Source: Trichinella spiralis
Lineage: Eukaryota
NCBI RefSeq assembly: GCF_000181795.1
Contig: NW_003526944.1
Span: 4,620,479-4,684,478 of the forward strand
Direction: 5' to 3'
DNA: 64,000 bases
In this document: in pieces, positions 51,358 through 64,000 of the stretch
How the letters are laid out: each line of letters starts with the position of its first letter
Numbering within the stretch: the stretch's first letter is position 1
Made by a program: the position numbers and the translations under genes
The notes under the pieces: generated by a model
Database searches by the model: none
What the model saw: only the letters and a program-made list of their open reading frames with translations
What the model was told of the DNA's origin: nothing

Positions 51358-54039
51358 CATGTAAATTTCATAATTGCCAATTGCATCATTCTTACGCATT
51401 GCCGTGTGTAGTTTTATGCTTTCCGAGGAGGATTTGTTGCACAAATAATAATAACAACACACTGAACTTTATTCAAATTTATTTATAATTTTCAAATTAA
51501 TTTCATTCAAATGCAAATAGTATATAATATGCAGTTTTGTAGATATTGATAAAATTGTAATATTTAATTTAAAAAAAGGGGGTTTTTTTCTTCAATGAAT
51601 GGTATTTTTCACTGTTCCATTTTTGCATGATAGAAACAGATAGATGGATAAATTGATTTGGCTGTTGTCAGAATTCGATCTGAAAATCTTGAAGATTAGC
51701 TTATTGCATAATCGACGCCGCGTTGGTGGATCAAATAGACGAATGTCAATTTGATGATTCTTTATCTCTTTTTTCGCTTTATTTTCCTGATTTGCCTATT
51801 CCACACGTGAGCCGTGTGGAAGATCCCGTCGTGGCGGTTAGCTAATATCCATCTTCGGCGTCATTGTTGGCTTTCATCAGGGTTTCAATTTGCATTTCCA
51901 TCGGCCACCTGTGTGGCGGGTTCCCTTTCAACTGACCACGGTCGGCGTTGGTGCCGATTACGCAGACGCCGAACTGATGCGCAACACTGCGTCATGGGAA
52001 AAAGCGGCGGCGAGGCTTTGATCCTTGGCGACATTGTTTTTTTACGCAATTCGCTCCCACAAGCCGCCCACGTGCTATTGTCGGGTCGAATTAAGCTTAA
52101 TTGGCTGTCCGACGCCAATGTGCTCAGTCAGGGGTCAACGAAAAAAGTACAGTATCCGGAACGTGACCGCGAACAATCTCTACAGCCAACAACCAGACAG
52201 ACAGTCGGTAATTTTCCACTGTCCAGGGGATGATTTACAATTACGAGTAATAGTATTTTCTCTCTCTTTTTTAAAGTAAATAAAATCAAATATATTCAGC
52301 AATAAAAATAAGTGTTACGTCATAGATTGACCGGTCACCTGGCTCGTGGTGCGTGCCGACCCAGATAAAGCTGATATAGGCACCACGACCGGGGGTGATG
52401 AGGCAATGGCCAATTGCTGATAAGATTAGACAAAAGAATTGCCACATTTCGACAGTGGAAACATTTACAACAGTTTGTTTGCTGACAAGCTGTCTGCCGT
52501 GGGCGTTGAGAAATCTTATCTCACCACAGGACAAAGGTCAAACAGGATCTGTACGCATGTCTGCGCTGTCGGCGGCATTGCACCGACAAAAACAATATCT
52601 GTGCACATTTTCTTGTTGTGAACATTTTTTTAGAAAAAAAAACATACAATCTGTTTATTTACATTAATTTTTACATTTATTACAAGAAAAAAACCTTTTG
52701 ACAATAAGTAATTATTGTGATTGGATATGGTAATAATTAATAAACAAGTAATACATATATATATTTTTATTTATTTCCAATTTGCGTGTGATTTTATTGG
52801 TTTTTTCACGATAATTTCAAACATGTTTTTATTTAAACCTTCTAAATTATAATGTAATCGTGTATATGTATATATATATATATGTATATTTTTTGTTCTG
52901 ATTCGTATTGCTTTGGTGCACATTTTCAGCTAATGAAATTTCAGTTCGATGTAAATTTGGCAAATGTTTTTACAACCAGCATGCTAATTTCGAAAACAAA
53001 ACTGGATGATTATAAAAATCAACAATTCATTCCAGATAAGATTTTTTTTTCTAAATACCTACAATTTCAATCAATTACCTGTATATTCAGTAACGATTAC
53101 CTTCTCGCGAATTAAGTTTTTTATTTAAAACAAATCGTCTCGACTTGCTTTCTATTGTAAAAAACAATGCTTGCTGTGAGAAGCATCTTGTAATACTGTA
53201 TGTAAAAAATGATTTTCAAGTTTGTTAATTTTTATTGTTGTTGCGTACGATTGAAAATGTTTTATTGCATTAAAAAAACTGGAGTTTTCTTTTTAATTTT
53301 TTAAATTTCAATCTTCGTGCAATTTTTTTTCTCATTTCTGTTTATTTTAGATAAAATATTTGAATATGTAAATGTGTACGTGTTGTTGTGCCTCGTGAAC
53401 AAAAAATTCGTCGTTGCCATTTGTGTAGCTGTTGCTTATTTGTGCATAAAATTGGTGATCTTTACAACAACGGGTCATCTTGGAATTGCGATAAGATATG
53501 TGCAGAAGAACAGAAAGTAGTTGTTGTCATCAATTTTTACGTCTGCGATTTACAACAAACATTTCGTTGTGTTTGTTCGGCTTATCTTTGGCAGCGGTCG
53601 GTCGGCATGACGAGTAAGCAGTGAAATGTGTGCGAATTTGAAAATTTTATTCTACTACTTTCTCAACAACAAGTGACAAACAGTTGTCGTCGTCGTGTTG
53701 AGGAAGTTGGCTTGATGACAATTTGACAACACACCAAGCAGCGTTAATAAAGTGGAAATTTTTCGCATGCTTTCTTTTTCCAATCACAACACCGTCTGGT
53801 GTCGTAGTGAGAAAATGACGTCTTTGAAAAGTTTTGTTTTCACAAATTCAATTTTAATGCAGCATTTATTGTTGTTCAACAGCTGTGTTATTGCTGTTGA
53901 CAAGCATGAGCTTGCATCATTGCTTGTGTTTTTGCATTTTGCTTTGATAACTTTTAAATTATTATTATCATCATCATTGTTCGTATTATTGCTTTTTTTC
54001 GATTGAATTAATTGGTTGAACATTGATTGAATTAGGCTA

Positions 54040-57000
54040 ATGTCGAACCTACCGATGCCAAATCTGCTATTACTTCTACTGCTGTTTTATCAACAACGTA
54101 AGAAAGAATCCTTTGTAAGGCATATGTTTTTTTCTGTTAATTTTAATTTCTAATGATAATAATAATAATAATTTTGTGCATTGTTTGTATGAATTTTAGT
54201 GCATTTAAAAGTAGAATTGACAATGACCATTTTCAGATGTTGTTGAAGCAAACCAGAGCAGCTTGGCTGAATGTTGTTTGGAAGGGAAGAAAGCCTATGC
54301 CATTTCAAAACAGTGTACCAAAACGACAGTGGAGAAGATTGACCAGGCGGGATTTTGTCCCCGAGTGGCAAGCATATGCTGTTTGGTGGCGTTTTACGAA
54401 ACGAAATGTTCTGAAGGCAAGTCAATTGCTTTAGCTGGTGACAGTTGCGAAGCGTTGGATGCTCCGGGCAGGGAGCAGACGAAGGTAATGAAAATAATAT
54501 ATATATGTGTGTGTGTATTTTGCGAGTATTATCATTTTTTTATTCATTCATATTTTCATAACCAAATGATCAGGATGGTTGTTTTCAGGAATGTTGTGAA
54601 TGTTGTTCATTGGCGAAAGAGATGAAAAAGCAAGGCAAACAATGCAACGCGCCCGTTGATTTCAGTGCCAACTGTAAAGCTGTATTCGACCAGTGTTGCC
54701 GTTATGAATCTGCTGCATCCAGGGACGAACAGTCGAACTTGCAGACGGATTTTGCTGAATTTACAGCATCTGTTTCATCAACAAGTTTGTTGATTGCAAA
54801 TGATATGTATTTTGTTTCCATTTTTATTACATTTTTGAATTTTTGTTAAGCGGTTGGCTTGGATTTGTCAGAGCAGTGCAATGAAGAGGAGGAAAAATTT
54901 TGTGAACAACAATGCCGTCGGGTGCCTGGTCAAAAGTCGATCTCGTGCTCTTGTCGTGCCGGCTATATGCTTAATGCCGACGGACGAACATGCTCAGGTG
55001 AGAATTTAACAAATTGAATTGATGTTGTTGATCTGATTAAAAAATGAGCATTTTTTTTCATGCATGATGTGATCGATTGCTTTAATGTGTGTGTGTGTGT
55101 TGTGCTTTGAATGTGAACAATGTCGATAGTCGATAGTGTTTAGATGTGAATGAATGTGAGGAAAATCCACCACCTTGTGATATGGTGAGTCAGCTTTGTG
55201 AAAATACGATCGGCAGCTTTCGTTGCTCTTGCATGAATGGATTCGCATGGAACGAGACGACCAACCTTTGCGTTGGTGGGTTCAGCTTAACTGAATAGCA
55301 ACGGCTTGTTTGCAGCTTGTTTTGCATAACAGTTCTTTTTTATCCTTTCTTCATTTCGAGTATCGTAGAGGAGAAAAATTTTTCAGACATTGACGAATGT
55401 TTGCTTTTTCGTGACAATTGTATTGCTGGCCAACGTTGTATCAATACAATTGGGTAAGCATGTGGAAGCAGTGAAAAAATTTTTTTTAATTAATTAAATT
55501 CAAAATGCTTGCTGTTTTTTGCAAAATTGAATGAATGAATGAATAGAAAAAAAATTACTAAGCTTATGTTTAGTTCGTGGCGTTGCATTCGAACGATGAG
55601 CTGTGGAACGGGATATTATTTGGATTCAGAAAGCGATTCTTGCGTTGGTAAGAATGTGCATTGAAATGACAATTATGCGAGCAATTAATTTTTCTTTTGT
55701 ATGCATTGCGATTTGCTTGGTTATTATTTTTATTTCCATTTGTTCAGGTGAAATTTTGTTGCAATTTTCAAAATCTGTCCAATGAATGGCCTGTTTCAGA
55801 TATCGACGAATGCGCTTTGGGCACGCACAACTGCGGACCGGGATTCACGTGTCGCAACACACACGGCAGTTTCCGCTGCGAGAGGCGCTTTTGTCCTTCC
55901 GGTCAACAGTGGAATAGCACGGCAAAACGTTGCGTTACAATCAGCGGTTGCAGTCATGGCTTCTATTTAGCTTCGGATGGTTCTTGTCAAGGTAATGTTA
56001 ATTTCCAATTGACGATGTGTAGATATTTCTTCAAATGTAGATGTAAACGAGTGTTTAACTCCTGGAACGTGTTTGCCAAATCAACATTGTGAAAATACGC
56101 ACGGTACATACATATATGTATATATATATGTGGAAATTGTTTAACATGCATATTGATGCATATTAATTCCATACTACCTCAGGTTCTTATTATTGTAAAG
56201 ATTTGCCTCGTGCTTGCGCACCTGGATATCAATTGAATCCAGTCACTAGTGTCTGCGAAGGTGTGCAAGTATATGTATTTTTTTCAAATTTTATTTATCT
56301 TTTTTTTACAATTTTATTCATTTAAAATGAAGATATTGACGAATGCATGAAAGGAACTCACACGTGTCCGAATGTAGAATCGTGCGTAAACAGTATAGGT
56401 GGTTATCGTTGCGAATGTAGATCAGGATTTCGATTTAACTCTGTTATTAAAAAATGTGAAGGTTTGTCTTGCAACAAGTTGATGCCAGAAAAAAATTCCA
56501 CTATTGATTGTTTGAAACTTTTCAGATATCAATGAATGCCAAAATCGTAGCAGTGTATTGTGTTCGACGCACGGCAGTTGCGTAAATACTGTAGGTTCGT
56601 TTCATTGCGTCTGTGATCCTGGATATGAATTGTCGTCGGATGGTCGGCAGTGTGTTGGTATGGAAAATTGACATTATTTATTCATTTATTTATTTATCAT
56701 TTTAATTGTTCTATTTTGCATATTTTGCTTTACACAAAGACGTGGACGAATGTCGCACAGGAACTGCCCAGTGTGAGCACCGTTGCGTCAATATACCAGG
56801 CTCTTATCAGTGTGTCTGCGAGCGTGGCTATTCACTGGGCGTGGATGGTCGAAGTTGTGTTGACATTGATGAATGTAAAATGTGGAACACGCAAGGGACA
56901 GCCATGTGTATGGGCAAATGCATCAACACGGCCGGATCGTTCAGGTGCGAATGCCCACCGGGATTTCGTCTGAATTCTGATTCACGAACATGTGAAGGTA

Positions 57001-57799
57001 ATTTTTTGTATATGTATATTTATGCAATTCATTCATTCATTCATTGGTTTGTTTGTTTGTTGCAGATATTGACGAATGTCAACAAGGATTGTGTTCCAAA
57101 GATGATGACATTTGTGTCAATTTGTACGGAGGTTACAGATGTCACCAAATTATTTGCCCCCAAAATTATCAACGTGACTTACGTTTCAAAAAGTATGTAG
57201 ATTTATAGATGTGAATTGTTGTTTATTTATTTGTTCTTTAATCCAACTAACCAATGAATTGCATGCACAGATCATTTTTTTAGATGTTTCAATGCAAGTT
57301 TGTTGTTTGTTTGTTTGTTTGTTTGTTTGCTTGCTTCGTATATGTATGTTTTAGCCGTTGCACGCGTAAAACGTTGTTTTGCTTGCCTTCGGATCGCGAT
57401 TGTATGAACGCACCAATGTCGATATTGTACAATTTCATTGCGTTGACCAACGAATTGCGGTTCCAAGATTTCGGCATGAACGCGTTGCCGTTGATCACAT
57501 TCAACGGTCCGGTGAACGTGGAAACTTCGGTCCAATACGAGCTGCAGCTGGACCGAGTGGTCACGTTGGGTTCCAAAACAGTGAAGCCGGCCACCAGGGC
57601 TTCGTTTTCGGTCCAGAAGCTAATCACCAAGCCCAACGCGGCCGTGTTGAATCTGATCGAACCACTCCAAGGACCCCAACAAGTGGATTTGGATTTGATC
57701 ATGCATTTTCGACATGCGGGCAATTTTGGCGGTCGTTCGTTGAGCAAAATCGTCCTCCACGTATCGGAATACAAAGAAAATCATTTCAGTTTGTTTTGA
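54040..57799 (+). CDS. fbl-1: Fibulin-1, isoform using the proximal terminal exon 57355-57799
   Basis: Signal peptide [24 protein letters not shown], anaphylatoxin-like CC repeats, tandem calcium-binding EGF repeats (DIDEC...C.NT.GS) and a fibulin C-terminal domain. Confidence 0.92.
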
Positions 57800-57961
57800 A
57801 AATTTGAAAAACACCGCATGCAAGCTGCATGTCGCTTTCGAGATGATTGTCTGTTTGATTTTCAGCTACAGTAACAAGCAAAATAGTAGGAAAAAAGAAA
57901 AAAACCAAAAAATAAAAATAACACACAAAAAAATTTTCTAATCCACCCTGGTCACTTTCAG

Positions 57962-58430
57962 TTCTGTAAGAGATGGTTACACGTGTTGGAAAAAGTGCAA
58001 CCCGTTGGATATTGGCTGTTTGGCAAATCGAACCTATTCCATCAGTTATCAGTTCATCGCCTTGCCTGAAATGTCGCCCCGTTTGAAGGGGCCGCTGGAA
58101 ATAAGCCGTGTTTATCCGGAACAAGCAAGTCATCGACGTTGGCCTTTACGAGTTCAATATTCCATCATTGACAATCCGTCGAGACGTTACGATGTACAAC
58201 AACAAGATAACACGGGTTAGTTGTTGTCGTTTTCAAATGTTCAGAATTCATTAATTTTGTGAAAGGAAAACAATGTGTGGTGTTTCTTTTTTTAATTTTT
58301 AGGAATTATATATATGAAATATCCGATTACAAAGAAAACCAACGAAATTATTCGATTGGAGATGAAAATTTACAGCAGCACTAACGTGCTTACTGAGCAA
58401 AACTATGCCTACATAAGTGTATTTAGTTAG
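57962..58430 (+). CDS. fbl-1: Fibulin-1 alternative C-terminal domain (exons 57962-~58215, 58303-58430)
   Basis: TTTCAG acceptor in the same phase as the 57355 exon; reads N|SVRDGYTCWKKCNPLDIGCLANRTYSISYQFIALP...G|IIYMKYP...YAYISVFS*. Confidence 0.82.
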
Positions 58431-59842
58431 TTCGAATTAGTGTAGCTAAAAATTGCTGATTTCATAGCGAAATTATTTCCTAGTCTCCTCTGTTAGTATA
58501 GTACATTTTGCCCTAAACAATAGGGTCCTACGTGTCAAAAATACTACTCGGCAGCAGTAGATGATCTTTGATTTATCCATAACATCTGTAATGCACAAAC
58601 TCATCCAATCTGTTCAACATCAATCACTGTTGATAGGGTGCTGAAAAGCATCATCCATCGTTAAAATGTGTACTTTTCATTTCACAACATTTTTTTTATC
58701 AAAAGTAACAAGTAAAACATATCAATCGTGCAAAGAAGAAGCCCTTATTCCACTTCGAGAACCTTTCATCTGTACTGCTGCTGCGTAAGCAGTTGAAACA
58801 GAATTCAATTTCCATTGCCATCAGGCTAAAAATTACAATTGAAACTACCAATGCAAAATAGCAGCGTATACAAATAAATGACAAATAAATAATACGTGGA
58901 GAATGGATCATTTATTAGCTGTATGCAAGTGGAAAAATGTTATGCCAAGGTGCAAAAATTGTTGTGAAAAACAAAATCAAAGTTAACATATAACTAACTA
59001 GTGATTGAACAAAAATCATACTTGCTCATTAAATTATATAATTAATAAACAGCATAATTATTACTGGAATAATATTAGCACATCTAAACATTTTTTGAAC
59101 ATCATCATTCATATAAATTCATTCACAAAATAATGCAATACATTGACGTATAATATTTATATAAATTTACAAAAATGAAATAAAAATAAATTTTATACTA
59201 ATTAATATTCGTTATGAGGAAAATTATGCTCCTGTAATTTTCCATAAATATCTTATACATGTGACCTATTTCATACTACTGTAGTTTCAATATTTTTTCA
59301 TAAAGATCGCATTAAAATGAAACAAACAACAAATAGAAAACTTTTAATGGATTTTTAAACAAATTCAACATTTACTTTTAACACCTAATAGCTTGTAAAA
59401 TGTAAATTTGTTGATTTTGCATTTTCAAATTTTCCAGTGGAGGCGGTGTTTATTTATACTTGAGCATGTTTTGAAAAGTACCGTAGGCCGTCATTGATCA
59501 CCGTGAACTTGCGTCACGTAAGTAGTGATCGCTCGCTGGCGCTGCTTTGATTACGTGGGTGTTTTTGCTGCCCGACGGTTGTCTTTTCGAAACTTCATCG
59601 CCGTTTTAGGTATTTCATGCGCTTTTCTGCTTTGTTTTATTTCCACTGTTGCGTAAAATTTCACTGATCGTATGTTTCTCTGGAACGCTCAGTTTGGCGA
59701 ATCGCGGTTGTTTGTCAGGCATTTTTCGAAAGCGACATTTTTGCAATTTTTATCTAAATTCAGCATTAAACATGCGCTGTTGCTTTTTTTCGAAGCATTT
59801 CCCATTTAAACATTAACTTTAAATTGCCTTTTTACATTGTAG

Positions 59843-61197
<1,355 letters not shown>

Positions 61198-62195
61198 GTA
61201 ATTAATTTGATGAATAATTCGAATATTGTTTTCTTTTTGTTCTACTCTTGCAAAATACAAATAAATAGACAATTTGTGTTTTTTGTAGAAACTGAGAGAG
61301 AACTGGTATTGTTGGCGAGATATAAATTAAAAAAATCTGTTCGTTCAGTCAGTCCATTGACGCTTCACACACACACACGGCTTGCATTTTTTTTCATTTC
61401 ATTTTTTGAATCTTTGAGCTTCCTGTTGTCATCTTATGCAACGGTACGGCTTGTTTCACGCACTTTTATAATTGTATATCACACGCCCATTATTGAGTAA
61501 CGAAGTTGTTATTATTCTTATTAATTATTCTTATTATTACTATATTACTATTTTACTGGTGAAAAAAATGAATGCTCTGACGATGTGGTCTTTTGTTTTC
61601 TTGAGACGAACGCGTCATGTGCGTGTTGCTTAAAATGATCCGCTGACTTGCTGGTTATTCTTCTTCTTCTTCTTCTTCTTCGTTTGCTGTTTTCGAATAC
61701 ATTTTTTGGGCATCTGCGTTGAACTGTGTATACTCGTTGTGATAACAACCTTTTCGGTTATCCGTTTGTTTCTGCCGTAGTGTTATTCGTGTCTATCTTT
61801 TTTTCCCCTCCATCGAAAAAATGAACAAAAAATATTGTATCTTTAGACGTAATTTAGCGATTCAACCGGAAATAAAATTTCAAATTTACACACTCATATA
61901 TGTATTTTTAGTTTCATTGTTTTTTTCTATTATTTTTTTTCATCTTCATTCTTTGAAGATTTCCACATGCAACTTCAATAAGACTAAGTAAGAGCAGTAA
62001 GGAGAAAAAAAATATATATCTATGTATAGACACGTTGGTTTCCTGCTTTGTTTTCTGACTCTAGATGATGAAAGAGTCGACGACTGTGATGATGCATCCA
62101 CATTGTTGCTCATTTGAGAGTTTGCTCGCATTCGTTGTTGCCAAGCAACGAACCGTGGCTGTTGTGTGTAAATTTAGGTGTGGAGTGGTGTTTCA

Positions 62196-63040
62196 ATGTC
62201 GACAGACGGTCGTCGGTCCCACGTTTGGAATAGTTTCAGAAGAAAAAAATCAGGTAAAAAAAAACAATGAATGACCACCGATTTCAACAATTCAATTTTA
62301 TTTTTCATTATGCGAAATTTATTTATTCAGAATCGATAGACAAAGGACGGCGCCGATTGGACAACAACGGCACTTATGGAACGGTGCGCGAAACTTTGCT
62401 TCGATTGGTACCTCGTAATTCGCTGTGTCGCATGTTTTGTCGTGGTAGTAAATGCAAATATTGCAATCCTGATTTGGTACCGGACAATATGAAAATCATC
62501 GACGGCATCTATTCCACATGGTGAGTGAGTGAATTTTTAATCCGGTGAAGAGGCAGACAAAGACAAAGGAAAAGCATCGTATATCAATGTAGAATTGTTG
62601 ATAATTTTATGTTTGTTTTGTTTCAGGATAACTGAGGATATATTGGCAATTGCAAGACCGTCCGATGAGGGTATCGAACGGTTCCAGTTGATTGAGCAGT
62701 TGGCTAAATGCGGTGTGAAGAGTATTTTCAATTTGCAGCTACCGTTCGAACATGCCCATTGCGGAAATCCACTCACTGAGCACGGATTCAGCTATGATCC
62801 GGAAATTTTCATGGAACACGGCAGTTCAGTGCATTGAAAAATATGAAACTTTTTCTTGATCTCAGTTCCTTTTCCTCCAAAAACCCCCTTAACCCCCAAG
62901 TTTGCCTCCGCTTTGCACTAATCCTTCATCTTTCAGTGGCCCATTACAATTTCGGTTGGCCAGATTTCGGCATTGCGTCAGTTGAACAAATTTTGGACGT
63001 TGTCAAAGTGATGCAGCACGCTCTCGACACTGGTGGCAAA
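62196..63040 (+). CDS. PTPDC1: Protein tyrosine phosphatase domain-containing protein 1, 5' part; no downstream exon identified before the window end
   Basis: Spliced CRMFCRGSKCKYCNP...GIYSTW|ITEDILAIARPS...SIFNLQLPFEHAHCG...GFSYDPEIFM...YNFGWPDFG...DVVKVM..ALDTGGK. The catalytic HCxxG exon was not found in the window. Confidence 0.87.
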
Positions 63041-64000
63041 GTGAGTTTTTGGTGATATTGAATAATCGATCGATTGATTGATCCATTGATTGATTGGTTG
63101 TGTTGATCGACTGAGAAATGGACGCATGCAATTTAAGAAGATAATATTATTCTTATTAACATTTTAAATTATTTATTTGTTCATTTTCATCAGTATGGTT
63201 GTAATGCAGTTGATGTTGTGAAATTTGATAAACTACTTGAATTAACACACACACACATACACGTATATATATAGATAGATGGATAGATTTTTTCTCTCTA
63301 GCACACTCTATAGCTTTTTCACTTTTCAAATCTCTTTTACGTCATCAGAAAATTTTGTGACAGATTTCGTGTAGGCGAGGCGGGTGGAATTCAATTTGTT
63401 CAACTTTCCGTCGGCTTTTCCGTCGATTTTTAAGCTTTCGAAATCGGTCGATAACACACACACACACACACTGGCAGCAAACTTCTTGGCTTTTTTTTTC
63501 TTTTGGCCGTCTTCAAAATTCGACAATATTTTTCTTTCTCTTTCAACATCAACGTCCCCCCCTGGAATAGCTAATTTGCATATTTCATTCTCCTTGTGAA
63601 AAATGAATTATTATTATTATTTGAAAATATTTCAAAACGCCAACAAAACTGCTCCATTTGTTTGTTTGTTTGTTTATTTTTTTGTTGTCTTCTCATTTCC
63701 GGCGTCTGGTCTTGGCTATAGCACGTGTTTGTTTGTTCAATGCATTGCTTTTTGTTGTTGTTGTTTCGCTGAATTTGTCGATCGATTAAAAGAAGAGGCG
63801 GGCGGGAGGGGACGAGCAGGTTTTTATATTTTTCGTTTAAATTTTTTACGCAGATTTTTAAGTGATCAAATTTGTGTTGCGAAAAAAAAATTTTTTTTTG
63901 ATTTTTAAATTCATCTGTTTATTGATTTATTAAAAAAGAAAAACGGAAATAAATGACCGTGATTGAATTCAATTTGTCGGAAATGAAAAAAGTTGCGTCA

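Noticed and set aside
41308..57799. Functional linkage of EOGT with the EGF-repeat fibulin
   Set aside because: About 10 kb apart with unrelated genes between, and no clear EOGT consensus site in the fibulin repeats; probably coincidental.

Overview
AT-rich eukaryotic genomic DNA with short GT-AG introns, microsatellites and N-gaps. Gene content and intron style suggest a nematode, probably a clade I Trichinella-like draft assembly (inference). The first ~21 kb has no intact genes: decayed tandem paralog exons, Ty3/Gypsy remnants and gap-flanking assembly duplications. It also holds an unexplained ~3.2 kb segment (~6.88-10.07 kb) that folds on the + strand into a deeply nested structure with many G-U pairs and GNRA/UUCG tetraloops, which is the top finding. 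From 22 kb the genes are: a histidine acid phosphatase, a small spliced His/Tyr-rich secreted prepropeptide missed by the ORF track, three paralogous 7TM receptors all ending in YIG, a RIG-I/Dicer-related helicase, an operon-like EOGT / NDUFAF2-NDUFA12-family / ATP12 cluster, a PAR-bZIP factor, fibulin-1 with two alternative C-termini, RhoA and the 5' part of PTPDC1. Exon models and base pairings were worked out by eye; no searches or folding programs were run.
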